From: the human T2T-CHM13v2.0 reference genome, Homo sapiens
Length of the DNA: 64,000 nt
Reading direction: 5' to 3' (one strand)
Assembly: GCF_009914755.1 (NCBI RefSeq)
Contig: NC_060927.1
Within the stretch, counting starts at the first letter, position 1. Each line of letters opens with the position of its first letter. The notes beneath the pieces were generated by a model, which did no database searches, was not told where the DNA came from, and saw only the letters and a list, made by a program, of their open reading frames with translations. A program made the translations under genes and the position numbers. Shown piece by piece: positions 1 to 11,614 of this stretch.

Positions 1-847
1 AAGAGTGACAGAAAAGATAGTTTTATAATATCTACTATGCCAATACAGAATAAATAAAATCTGTGAAAGCACTTCATACAAATGTTTTGAAAGACTGATT
101 TCAGAAACCTCCTTTGTACAGGAAAACACTAGTAGATTAGAGTATAGAGGAAAAAGATTCTTTATTCCGATAAACATTTAGGAATAATTTTGGCATGAAA
201 AATTAAGTCAGATTTTGTGTATGTCATAAATAACAATGTAATATTGTATTTATATATAACTTTCATCTAAGGAATGCCAAAGCAATTTGAGGTTTGAATG
301 TATACTTTTGAAACACAAGGAAAGAAAGCTACCCACCTTCCTTCCATTAGCATTTATATTGAGAACCCAACAGAGTTTGGCTAACACGAAGATTGAACAC
401 CAATTACAAGTTCGCTGGTTTCCATAGAGTCGCATGAGAGCATATCATGTTGTCTTGGAAACAAAAGTGTCTGTAAACACCATCATTTCCAATCTAGATT
501 GTGAGAGCAGCTATGGACACTTTCTTGGATACCAAACTGTACAAACTGTATGTTCATATTCCCATTACCATGGTAACAAGGACCAGTGTCCATTAAACAA
601 GATGAAAAAGATGAATCTTTGACTCTTTGAAAGTGACCCATATCTAACTATTTTTTTTGTTTCTGTGCTTCCTAGAGCCATAATGCGAAATAAGCCTAAA
701 TAAAATCTATGTTTATGGTGTGTGTATGTTATTCTATACATTTCACTTAACTGTCTACGAACTGTATAAAATTTAAAATATTTGATGAATCAGTACTCTC
801 CTTTCACTTATAATTGATGTAAACCTAGTTGTGTTTTTACCTACCTT

Positions 848-1174
848 TACTGTGGTTTGAAATGCGCGTTGAAATTTAATTTTCACGTCACAGTAATAAG
901 AGTTGGGACTTTTAAGAGGTGTTGAGGCCAGAGGACTTCATCCTCATGGGTGGGCTTGGCATCACTAAAAAGAGGGCGAGTTTGGCCTCCTCTTGCCCTC
1001 TCTTGTCCTCTTCTCTGCTGCTATGTGATGATGAGTAAGAAGGCTATTGCCAGATGCCAACAATTCAATATTGGATTTTCCAGGCTCTAGAACTATGAGC
1101 CAATACATTTCAGTTCATTGTAAATTACCCAGTCTAAGGCATTCTGTTATAGCAGTACAAAATATTGTAAGATA
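848..1174 (+). mobile_element. MaLR solo LTR (MSTD/MLT1A-like)
   Basis: Begins TACTGTGGTTTGAAATG and ends ...AAATTACCCAGTCTAAGGCATTCTGTTATAGCAG...AAGATA, the typical MaLR LTR termini; diverged. Confidence 0.75.
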
Positions 1175-1724
1175 TTCATATACTTCTTCACTCTCCTCTA
1201 TTTATTACAGTTAAATCCAAATTATTAGTGTTGTTTTTAAGAGAAATGAGATTTCTTTTTATAGAGACTACAGTTCTCTTAATGATTGTATTAAAATCAA
1301 AAGTATTGTGGAAAATTGAAGAGTTTAGATTTGTAGGCCCTTTGGATATATTTAAGTGTTACTATATATATTCTATAAAAACTGAATTGCAAAAATCTTG
1401 CATGCACCTACAAAATATTTAAATGTAACAAAGTTGATCAGTGGAAGGAAATTTTCAATCGATTTACTAAAAAAAAGTACTCATACTACAATCCTCCTTT
1501 ATTGATTCTTGCCCATAATTTAAGAAGATGCACATATTTCTTATGCGAACACATCTGTTTTTGATGTCTGTGTAAGGGTTTTGTGGTTTAAACATATCAA
1601 CATTCACATAACTAATCCCTTTTTGATGAAAATTGTTGTTTCTAAATAACTCATTATTAATAAAATACAACAAACATCTTCACAAATATATTTTTTGCTT
1701 ACATCTATATTTTTAGTAAGATGG

Positions 1725-1905
1725 TGTATTAGTCAATCCTTATACTGCTATAAAGAGCTAATTGAGAGTGGGTAATTTATGAAGAAAAGAGGTTTACTTG
1801 ACTCACAGTTCCACAGGCTGTAGAGGAAACATGGCTGGGAGGCCTCAGGAAACTTACAATCATAGCCGAAAGCAAAATGGAAGCAGACACATCTTACCAT
1901 GGAGG

Positions 1906-1957
<52 letters not shown>

Positions 1958-2132
1958 AGTGCTACAAACTTTTAAAGAACCAGATCTCATGAGAACTCAC
2001 TCACTGTCACAAGAAGAGCAGGGGGACATCCGCCCCTCTGATTTAATCACCCCCCACCAGGTCCCTCTCCCAAAATTAGGAATTACAATTTGATGTGACA
2101 TTTAGGTGGTGACACAGAGCAAAACCATATCA
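1725..2132 (-). mobile_element. THE1D-like MaLR solo LTR
   Basis: TGTATTAGTC...CAAAACCATATCA is the reverse complement of a THE1 LTR; 5-bp TSD GATGG/AATGG with 1 mismatch. Confidence 0.85.
1909..1953. repeat. (GA)n microsatellite inside the THE1 LTR
   Basis: About 22 uninterrupted GA units; produces the spurious ERERER/LSLSLS ORFs. Confidence 0.95.
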
Positions 2133-2518
2133 AATGGATTCCAAAAATGTTTTTTCCTTATATAAAATTCAGTAGATACAATATTATATACATTGGATAT
2201 AATATTATATACTGTCTTTGGCAATGTTCCCTGATAATTATGCAGATTATTATATTAAACTGAAGTATATCTTTATCCTACTTTAGCAAAAATGTAATAT
2301 GCTTGTAAATAAATAAATCTACCACACTGTGTTCTTACACATACAGATGTAAGATACATATAAAAATTAAGTACCTTACACAAACACAGCATTTTTTGCA
2401 CATATCTATGTATGAGAAACTTGCAGTCACTTTTTAATTAACCAGTGCAAGGAACTTAAACTTTGAATTAAAAAATGAGGTAACTTAATAGTAAAAGCAA
2501 TAAATACATTAGTTCTCA

Positions 2519-2707
2519 GCCTGAGCTTCATGTCTCATGCCTGTAATCCCGGCACTTTGGGAGGCTGAGGCGGGCAGATCACCTGATGTCAGGATTTCGA
2601 GACCAGCTTAGCCAACGTGGTGAAACCTCGTCTCTTCTAAAAATACAAAAAATTGGCCAGGTGTGGTGGTGCATGCCGGTAATCCTAGCTATCGGGAGGC
2701 TGAGGAG
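2519..2707 (+). mobile_element. AluS fragment, 3'-truncated
   Basis: Left arm, A-rich linker and start of the right arm; stops at GGGAGGCTGAGG with no poly(A). Confidence 0.9.
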
Positions 2708-3729
2708 AGTCCAAGAGAGAATAATGAATGAAGCAGAGTCTGAATGTTAGATGAGCACTGTCATTGAGTTTAGCGTTCAGATTCACTTCAGATTACAAGG
2801 TGCAGTGGAGAGGTGCCAGTGTTATTCATGAAACACAAATAAGAGGGGTAGACAGCCTTTGGTAACAGAAAATGCAATAATAATAGGATTTTAAAGATGT
2901 GTTTCCTATTGTACTTCATATTACTTAATATCCAAGTATGGCTCAAATAAACAAGCTTCAGTTTTTTTGCAATGTATATATGTAATCTCTAAATGTATGT
3001 CAAGAAGCATGATGTTGTTGAAATGAGTTCAAGATTGTTCATTACACTTTCCTCTTTCCTACACTGTGGTGCTCTCTCAGCGGCCAGGTTCATTGAAAGT
3101 AAGCCTACTTGTGATGTATGTTTCTCTGGATTAGGTAATGCCAATTTACAAAGTAGTAAATGATTTGTTATTTCACTTCTTTGGACCACACTCCTCTGCT
3201 AGACACTGGGACCTCAGTAAATGCTATATCTATGCCTATTACAGGAATATACTATTATCCTTATGAACCAAGTGTTCTTTGTGACAACTTGAACATTACT
3301 ATTGAATAAAGCTCTTCAGGATCTTGACAGTGTCCAATTCAGATTATGCTATCGAGTCTGATTACTCCCAACTCTGTTTCATAAAGGAAGTGGCCAATGT
3401 CCAAGTGAATACTGGAGTTTTAAGTTTATTCTTCTTATTGTTGTTGTCATTATTTTTTGTTAGGGGATCATTTTCAACAGTTTTCTGGTGGGTTCCAACC
3501 ATGTATCATTTCTTTCCCAGGGCAAAACAGGAAAACCCTGCTTTAAGGTTATAGAATTTTACTTAATTATTGGAAAATTTTAAATTACTTTAAAGTTTCA
3601 GAGACAAGGCTGTGGAAAAAACGACATTAACTCCAACTCCATGTCAATTTCAACTTTATAACCATATAATTTATTCCATTTTAATGTGATAAAATAGTAA
3701 GTTACACTCATTAATTTTTAAAATATGAA

Positions 3730-4215
3730 ATCAAACCTGTATTGCTGGAAAAATCTTTACCTGATCCTGATGCCTTATCAGTTATGTATATTGCTGGACT
3801 TCATTTATTAAAATTTTTTGGATCTTGCAGTTGTGTTCATGAGGGCTATTTGTCTTTAGAGTTTATTTTGTTAAAACAATTCTTGCAGTGTTGTTTTCTG
3901 ATTGTGACATTAGGCTAATACTGGCCTCAAAAGGAAGTGGAAAATGTTTACTCCTCTTCTATTTTAGATATAATTGGTGGACTATTTTAGATATAATTGG
4001 TATTATTTCTTTTTAAAATGTTTTGTAGAATGTCTTTTTGAAGCAATTTGATGCCAACACTATTGTGTAAGGTTTCACTATGATTTCCATTTCTAGGAGA
4101 TATAAGGCTCTTCAGATTACTGTTATTCATGAGAGGGCTTTGATTTTCATATCTTTAATGAATTCATTTTTATTCAGGTTATAATTCTTTTTCATAGTAT
4201 CTTTGTTATCGCTCC
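3730..4215 (-). mobile_element. Old L1 (L1M) ORF2 fragment
   Basis: Antisense ORF2 motifs ATATTGCTGGA..., GTTCATGAGGGCTATT..., GGCTAATACTGGCCTCA. Confidence 0.7.
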
Positions 4216-4290
4216 TTATTTTCCAGCTCATATCTCTGGGGTCTCTAATAAGTTCCAATATTTAATATTTGATAATTATCATGTTACAAT

Positions 4291-4651
4291 TGTATTAGTC
4301 TGTTCTCACACTGCTAATGAAGGTATATCTGAGACTGAATAATTCATAAAGAAAAAGAGGATTAATAGACTCATAGTTTCACATAGCTGGGGAGTCCTCA
4401 CAATCATGGCAGAAGGTGAAGAAGGAGCAAAGGCACTTCTTACATGACAGCAGGCAAAAGGGCATGTGCAGGGGAACTCCCCTTTATAAAACCATCAGAT
4501 CTTGTGAGACTTATTCACTATCACGAGAACAGAATGGGAAAAACCTGCTGCCATGATTCAATTACTTCGTACTCGGTCTCTCCCATGACACATTGGGATT
4601 ATTACAATTCAAGATGAAATTTGGGTGGAGACACAGAGCCAAACCATATCA
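4291..4651 (-). mobile_element. THE1C-like MaLR solo LTR
   Basis: TGTATTAGTCTGTTCTCACACTGCT...GAGCCAAACCATATCA; TSD ACAAT/ATAAT. Confidence 0.9.
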
Positions 4652-4659
4652 ATAATCTA

Positions 4660-4940
4660 TAAAACTATCCTACGTCCTAGATGTCTAATAGACATCTCAA
4701 TGATAATATGACCTGAACACAGTTTCTAGTACACACTCCTTTTCAAAAATACTTAATTTCAAATATTATTTATAACGTTATCTAATCAGTTCCTCAAACC
4801 ACAGCTTTATGAGCCCTCCTTTTTCCCTTTCTCATTATTATTCATATCAAATTATTCAATAGATATTGCTAGTTTTCCATCAGTAAATATCTCTAACATC
4901 TTCTCTCTTATACTATTGCCACCATATAAATCTTTCCATT
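4660..4940 (+). mobile_element. L2 fragment
   Basis: GATGTCTAATAGACATCTCAA resembles the L2 3' region (GGATGTCTAATAGGCATCTCAAAC). Confidence 0.6.
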
Positions 4941-5749
4941 CTGGCTTTTCTCTTTCTCTCTTCTTCTCTGCAGCTGCTTTTTCTCTGTTTCTATGCCCTG
5001 ATAGTTCTAACCAATTCAATTTCCTGTACTCCCATCTCTGTCTCCTTCATTTACTGCATTGCTAAACTCTGTTGGAATTCTACTTCCCTATGGTATGGAC
5101 TGGCAATAATTTCTGAAGAGTTAGCTGGAGCAATTACAGAGCTAACTTCATTTGGTTCCATTTTCTCAGGGATTGTAATGCTGTGCAGCCTTTGGTCCAA
5201 TGCCTAAATGGTTGTCTTACATATTCTGTCCAATTTTCTTGTTACTTATGGCAAGAACATGGTTGACATAAAACTAAATATTTCACAGGCAGAAGCAGAC
5301 ATCTTTTCATTATTTTCTAAATATATTTTTGTAGGATATAGAATGATGGGTTGATAATCTCCTTGCCCCCAATACTTTAAAGATCTTTCTAATTTCTTCT
5401 GGCTTGCATTTTCTAAGGTAAGTCTGCAGTTATCTGTATTCTGTCATTCTCTCTGTAATATGCTTTTTTTTTCTTGCTTCTCTTAAGATTTGTAACCTTC
5501 CCTGATTTTTGGCAACTTATTATATCCCCTGGTAAAATTTTCTTAATTTTCATCCTATTTGAGGTTTACTAAGCTGTTAATATCTGTGTGTTTATATTTT
5601 AATATAATTTGAAAACATTTATGATTATTAATTCAGACTTATTTTTAGTCTCCCCTTTTACTCTTCTATTTATAGGACTTGATTATAAAACAAAAAGCCT
5701 TAGGTCTCTTTGTATTGTCCCTTAGGATTCTGAGACTCTGTTTATGTAT

Positions 5750-6073
5750 TTTTTCTTTTATTTTTATTTTTATTTATTTATTTATATTTTTGAGACAGAG
5801 TCTTGCTCTGTCCCCCAGGCTGGAGTGCAATGATGCAATCTTGGCTCACTGCAACTTCTGCCTCCTGGGTTCAAGTGATTCTCCTGCCTGAGCCTCTCGA
5901 GTAGCTGGGATTACAGCCATGCACCAACATGCCCCACAAATTTTTGTATTTTTAGTAGAGTCAGGGTTTCGATATGCTGGCCAGGCTGGTCTCAAACTCC
6001 TGACCTCAGGTGATTCGCCTGCCTCGACCTCCCAAAGTGTTAGGATTACAGGCATGAGCTACTGCACCCGGTC
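5750..6073 (-). mobile_element. AluS (Sx/Sq-like), full length
   Basis: T-rich tail, GAGACAGAGTCTTGCTCTG...CTGACCTCAGGTGAT...GCACCCGGTC. Confidence 0.95.
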
Positions 6074-6379
6074 AATTCATTTATTTTTTAACCATTATCT
6101 CTCTGTTTCTTCCTTTCTTTTTTTTTAAATCATTTCCTATCATGAATTCCAGTTCACTCATCTATTATTGTGAAGTTTTTTATCTGCTATTAATCTGATT
6201 AAGTGCAATTTGTATTTCAGATATTGTTTCATTGCTAAATTTTTACTTGATCCCAATTCTTACCATCCATCTCTCGCCTTCTTATGTTCATGTTTTCCTG
6301 TAATCCTTGAGAACTTTTTGTACTTGTCACAGTTTTTTATGTTTTTTCTTCTGTTTTGTTTTGTTGTCTTTTTGTTTTT

Positions 6380-6790
6380 TATCAATTTTTATTATATTAT
6401 TGATAAAAGTTGCATATATATAAAATGTACATGATATTTTGATATATTTCTAAACTGTAAAATGATTACCATAATTAAGCCAATTAATTTATACGTCACC
6501 TCACTTAGTTACATATTTTTGTGTGTGATGAGATCTTCTTGAGATCTTCTCTCTTAGCAATTATCAAGTGTAAAATACATTATTATTACTTATAATCACC
6601 ACGCACTGCATTAGGTTTCCAATACTTACTCATCTTATAACTAAAGGTTTCTATCCTTTGTCCAATGTCTCCCTTTTGCTCCCATATCCTCATCCCTGGT
6701 AATCACCATTATACTCTTTGTTGCTATGAGTTCAAATTTTTTAAATTTTTTTAAAGGTTTCCAATGTAAGTGAGATGACACAGCATTTAT
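6380..6790 (-). mobile_element. L1MA (MA8/9-like) 3' end
   Basis: AAATGATTACCATAATTAAGC...CTCTTAGCAA...CCCTGGTAATCACCATT...TAAGTGAGATGACACAG. Confidence 0.75.
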
Positions 6791-7051
6791 TATAAAGTCC
6801 TTGTTGGCCTATTTTATAATTGTAGATTTTTTAAAAACTCTATTATTTGTTCTACTGTTTTGTGGGTTATATTTTACATTTTTACATATCTAATGAGTTT
6901 TAATTGGTTTCTTACGTATTGTGAATTTCATGAGGCTAAATACTAATTTTTTTTTAAGTGCAGGTATTTGTTTGGGCTAACAGATTAGTTATGTATGAAT
7001 CACCTAGATCTTCTAACACGTGTTTTTAAGTTAGTTAAGTTTTTAAATTAC

Positions 7052-7415
7052 TGTCAAGCTGAAATAACAGGATAAAAATCTATTTGAAAAGTGTTTATTT
7101 AAGTGCAAAGATGAAAATGGTCATTTAGGTAACACAGACTTCAAAGAAATGGAGTTAGTGCTTCAAAGCTGGAAAGATAAGGGCCTTGCCTGTACGGACA
7201 GAAAACAAGGAAATTTAACAGGATTACAGCATTATTTATGCAAGGTTGTTTTATGAGTTGCAGCAATTTGATTAGTTGTAGCTGGGTTTTTTTCTTCCAA
7301 TTTAAAAGACTATATTTAACATTCCATCTTAGATACTGTGATAGTCATGATGGCTTTGTGTCAAAGAAGTGAGAGGAAAGTTAATCTACAATGAAGAAAT
7401 AATATACTATAAGAG
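7052..7415 (-). mobile_element. ERV1-class (MER4-group) LTR fragment, subfamily uncertain
   Basis: Starts TGTCAAGCTGAAATAAC, followed by TTTATT (antisense polyA signal) and ATTTGATTAG (antisense CCAAT-like). Confidence 0.5.
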
Positions 7416-7549
7416 AAAAGTTAATATGTAATGAAGATATAATATAATTAAGACTTGTTTGAACTATTGGCAAATGTGCCATGATCAAAATATGAGTTGT
7501 AATTATATCCTACCTGACATGTATTTTCCTCTGTCACCATAGGTAACCT

Positions 7550-8950
7550 CAGCCATTATCTTTGAGTCTTTTATTCTCATATTCATTTACACATCTCAAT
7601 CTTATGCAGTCCTTCTTTTGCCTGTCTTCTTAAGTCCTTTCACTGCAACTGTACATGTGCATTTACTACGTTTTTTAAAATCTCCTCATTGAATACTTCT
7701 TTCACCCTATCGAATTTACTAATCCTTGGAGATTTCTCCCTAATCGATATACTAATAAATTGAAGTTTCTTTTTTAATCATTCCTACTTCCTTCAATAAA
7801 TATCCTTCAGATTTTCTATATCTGCTATCCAAACATTTGTTTTTCTTATTTCTTAATGTACTTCACTCTTTTAAAATTATGCTATATATTTAGGTTAGTC
7901 ACAGTACTTTCTTCTGCTATCTGTATGTAACTCCTTGTTACTCCTCATAATTACATAAAATTGTAGCTTGAGCCTACTCTAGCTCACAGACTTAAAATTT
8001 GGACTATTAATATAAGCCCTCCTATTAATGTGACCATATCACCATATAGCTAACATTTTCATTTCATTGAATCTAATTGTTTTCTCTGCTTCTTGTCATT
8101 TTTTATAGTTTTAGTGACATTACACTTTCATGGTTCTCCCTATTAATCTTTGTAGTTCATTTTTCTCTTCTATAAAGTAAAATATAGTAATCCCTCCTTG
8201 AATACATTCCATGTTCCCCAGTGTTTGCTTGAAATCATGGCTACTATCAACCTTTCTTTATTTACCTTATTTCTTTATTCTCTTTACTCACTGTTGATTT
8301 TACTCAAGCCCCTGACTTTACATACCACCTCCAAAATTATTCCATGTACTTTTCTAGTCTCAATAGCTCCCTTGAGCTTGAATCTCATATGATAAACTAC
8401 TGGGTATCTAACTTTTAATATGACATCTCATATTTAATATAATCAAAATAGAGTTCTTACTTTGAAATACTCTTTCATAAACAACTGGGTTGTCCAGTCT
8501 TTCTCATCTTAATTTATATGTAACATTGTCTACCCAATTGATCAAAGCAAAGATTTAAGTCATTCTTATCATAGTGTCTCTTTTATCATTATTATTCACA
8601 TCAAATTATTCAACAAATATTGCCATTTCCCATCAGTCTGTATTTGTATCATCTCGTCTATAACGTTAATGTTACCATACAAATCTTAGTAACCTGGAAA
8701 TTTTTCCCCAGTTAGTTTCTTTTTTTTCCCATTTTCTTTTTTCATAATTGAACCTCTACTGTGTAACCAAAAGGGTTTTCAGAACCCTCCATGATAAACA
8801 TTTTACTATAGACACCCTGACACACTGACTCGTCTAAAATATGAGATTATGCCTCTTCTCTGAACCCCAACTGATGGCTGTTTCTTGTATTCAATTCATT
8901 TCAGGTTTTGCTCTGTAGTTTTTCCCACTGTTGTAAATACTATTTCTCTC
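7550..8950 (+). mobile_element. Highly diverged L2 fragments
   Basis: Pyrimidine-rich; GACATCTCATATTTAATATAATCAAAATAGAGTTC at ~8422 matches the L2 3' region. Confidence 0.5.
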
Positions 8951-9547
8951 TTCTACATCTCTCTTTCTATTAACAATTCTTCCATTATTGATAACTTCTT
9001 CAACTTCTAAATTTATCACTGGCATGACCCTACTAAATGTGACCATCTTCTATGACCACAAAGAGCATCAGTGAGTTGACTCTGCCTTTGTATACTTACC
9101 TATAGATTTTTTACTATATTTGAATATATATGTGGATGAGCTTTATGTGCCCACTTTAACACTTTTTTCTTCATCTGTACACCAGCCTCATGCTTCCAAA
9201 TTGTAGTTTACTTTTTGTAATTAACCCCACCATAACTGTGAGTCAGTATAAATATATATATATATATTCATAGCATTAATTAAATTATATTTTAACATTC
9301 ATACCTGCTTTATACATAGAACAACTAGTTAAAGGTTGGGGTTAGGTTAAATTGAATAAGCTGCCACTTATATCCTGTAGATTGAGGAGTATAGAAGGGT
9401 ATTTTCTTACCTCCAAACAACCACATTAATCCCACAGAAATGGCACTTAGCCAGACTGAAATGGCTGAAATGATAGAAGTAGAATTCGGATTACAGATAG
9501 GAATGAAGATGATCAACATTCAGGAGAGAGTCAGAATCCAATCCTAG

Positions 9548-10246
9548 TGAGAGAAGGTTCCAGCTGGGCTTCGAGTCGAGTAGGGGCTCAGAAAGCTGTG
9601 AAACTCACTCATTTCCTGCATCAGGACTTACTTTGGTCCTAGATGAATAATATTAAAGATATATGTTTAAAATATTCCTAACATCAGAATTTGTGCATGT
9701 GTTTTTTTTCCCCAAGAAAGTGATAAACAAACTTCTGCTGTAAGCTTCCCTGTGTCCTCGCTCCCTCTCTCCCTTCCCCTCCCCTAAAACTAAAAGGAAT
9801 GTTAAACGCCCATTTTTCTGTGACCAGCAGACCTCATCTATGCCCCCAATTCCGATTCCTTGTAAACACTCTTCGTAAAATCCTGTGAGATCCTGTCTCC
9901 TTTGCCATGCCACTACAAGGTTATAAAGTAGATAAAACTTAAGTTCAATTCCAGTTTTCCTCAAGATCTGAGACATGTTAATTGTCTTTGTTTCTCACTC
10001 TGGTAACATCTTCCCACCGCACGTATTTCCCGCCTTAAAGAGTTTAAAAGGTGATCAAAAAAATCTAACACTGGCTACCTGCTCAGGATCTCTTCCACAT
10101 TGTGGAAGCTTTGTACTGTCACTCTACTCAATGAAGCCTACAGTTTTTCTTTTTTTCTCTCAGTCTGATCCGTGTCTCTCTCTCACTGCGGGCTGCCACC
10201 CCACCAAATCTTTGGCATGGCTAAGGCAAGAACCTTTGGCGTTACA
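9548..10246 (+). mobile_element. 5' LTR (LTR30)
   Basis: TGAGAGAAGGTTCCAGCTGGGCTT...GGCGTTACA, roughly 90% identical by eye to 14604-15299. Confidence 0.9.
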
Positions 10247-10249
10247 TTT

Positions 10250-10267
10250 TGGCAAGCCTGCCAGGAG
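10250..10267 (+). promoter_or_regulatory. Primer binding site, tRNA-Arg(ACG)
   Basis: TGGCAAGCCTGCCAGGAG matches 16/18 of TGGCGAGCCAGCCAGGAG, the complement of the tRNA-Arg-ACG 3' end; 3 nt after the 5' LTR. Confidence 0.9.
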
Positions 10268-10297
10268 GATCTCCAGGAAAGGCATCTGGACCATCAC

Positions 10298-10306
10298 GTG
10301 GTGAGT
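10298..10306 (+). promoter_or_regulatory. Probable retroviral major splice donor
   Basis: GTG|GTGAGT about 35 nt after the PBS, the usual position in gammaretrovirus-like ERVs. Confidence 0.65.
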
Positions 10307-10702
10307 ACGACTGGACCTCTTTCGCTTGCTATTCTGTCCTGTCCTTCCTTAGAATTCCAAAGCTAAACCAGGCACCTGTCAGCTACTTAAAGGTGATTAG
10401 TGTCATCACAGGACTAAAGACATGGCTGTCAGGCTGTCTGGAAAAGGGCTCTCTAACAACCCCCTGACCCTCTGGGGCTGGGAATGTTGGTTAGTCTGGA
10501 CCCAGTTCCTACTCTTTCACTTTCCATGGTGGTCCCAAAGTACACCCGGGAGTTAGCGGCCATTCTAGTCTCCCAGATTTCCTGGTAGAGACCATGGCCC
10601 TGCCAGAGGCTCCCCCTGCAGGGGTTACTGAGCGTGAGACCGCCACATCTTCTGACTCCTGCCTCCTGGGTCCTAATGTCCACCGGCTAGACTTCTTTCC
10701 TC

Positions 10703-11476
10703 ATGTCGCAAGCGAGGTTATTCCCGCTAGGCAGGATCAAGATTCCCTGGTTAGAAGTCTTAAATTCTTGGGGTGGTGCCCAGAAGATCCCTGTTCATGG
10801 TGCCCTCCAGGGTTTAGGCAGGTGTCACCACTCGATGGCTATTTTGAAGGGCCAGTTTCCCCACCATAGTGTGTGGTCCCCTACATCAGGACAATTTAAA
10901 GCCAGGTCTGTAATTTTCATGTGGACAGTAGAAGCCTTAGGGCATTTCCTCCATTGCTCCCCAGACAGACTTTCCCCTTCCTTGGGGCCTCTCAAGTACA
11001 ATCTGTGGTGCATGGGTACAGCTCGTAGAGCTGTTGAATTGCTATTTGAACCATTCAATGTTTGTTATTGGAAGGAAGAAAATATAGTCAGTTGGGACAG
11101 AGGATACTGATACCACCTTAAGAGAGGGGCTTACTCTTTTGATGGCAAGTGGGAACAGAAGGCTACAGTACAGCAGCTGTTCTGTCTACCCTGGCCTAGA
11201 GGACATCCATCACCCCCTTTAAGCTTATTAAGCCTTCTGCCGCTAATTCAGAGATTCCTCCTTGAAGGACAATTTTATGGCCAGGCCCAAGTAAATGGGG
11301 CCTTAGCATCCAAACATCAGTGGTGCACCAGACCCAGGACTTGCCACCCTGGAACAGGTAGGACGCATTGGCAGAAGGACCAAAATAAATCCAACAGTCC
11401 TTGTGCCCCATTTAGTGGTCAATGGGTGCATGGCAGGAGCAAGGGAACTTTCCATCCCAGCGGTAAGCACGGTTAA
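10703..11476 (+). pseudogene. HERV30 pre-gag reading frame (~257 codons, one internal TGA)
   Basis: ORF 10703-11110 continues in frame past TGA 11108-11110 with no further stop until TAA 11474-11476 (hand-translated). Confidence 0.6.
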
Positions 11477-11614
11477 ATCAGGTAGATGGAGGGCTCAGAA
11501 AAAGCAGCCGTGAGCTTTGAGCACAACTGGACCTGACCCTTGGGGGATGCCCTAAGGGACAATGAGTCCCAGGAATAACCAGGAGTGCGGACATCTGTTT
11601 GTTTAAAAGTCCAG

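Larger units (their letters stand above)
4950..7040 (-). mobile_element. Old L1 (L1MD/L1ME) 5'UTR/ORF1 fragments, interrupted by Alu and L1MA
   Basis: AGCTGGAGCAATTACAGAGCTAACTTCATTTG...CTCAGGGAT (L1M 5' end) and GGATATAGAATGATGGGTTGATA...CTTCTGGCTTGCATT (ORF1 antisense). Confidence 0.6.

Noticed and set aside
1748-2093. ERERER/LSLSLS repeat proteins
   Set aside because: Translation of the (GA)n microsatellite in a THE1 LTR.
9250-9400. TSD for the L1PA16 element
   Set aside because: Only weak similarity between AGCATTAATT (9272) and AGCATGAATC (21611); not convincing.
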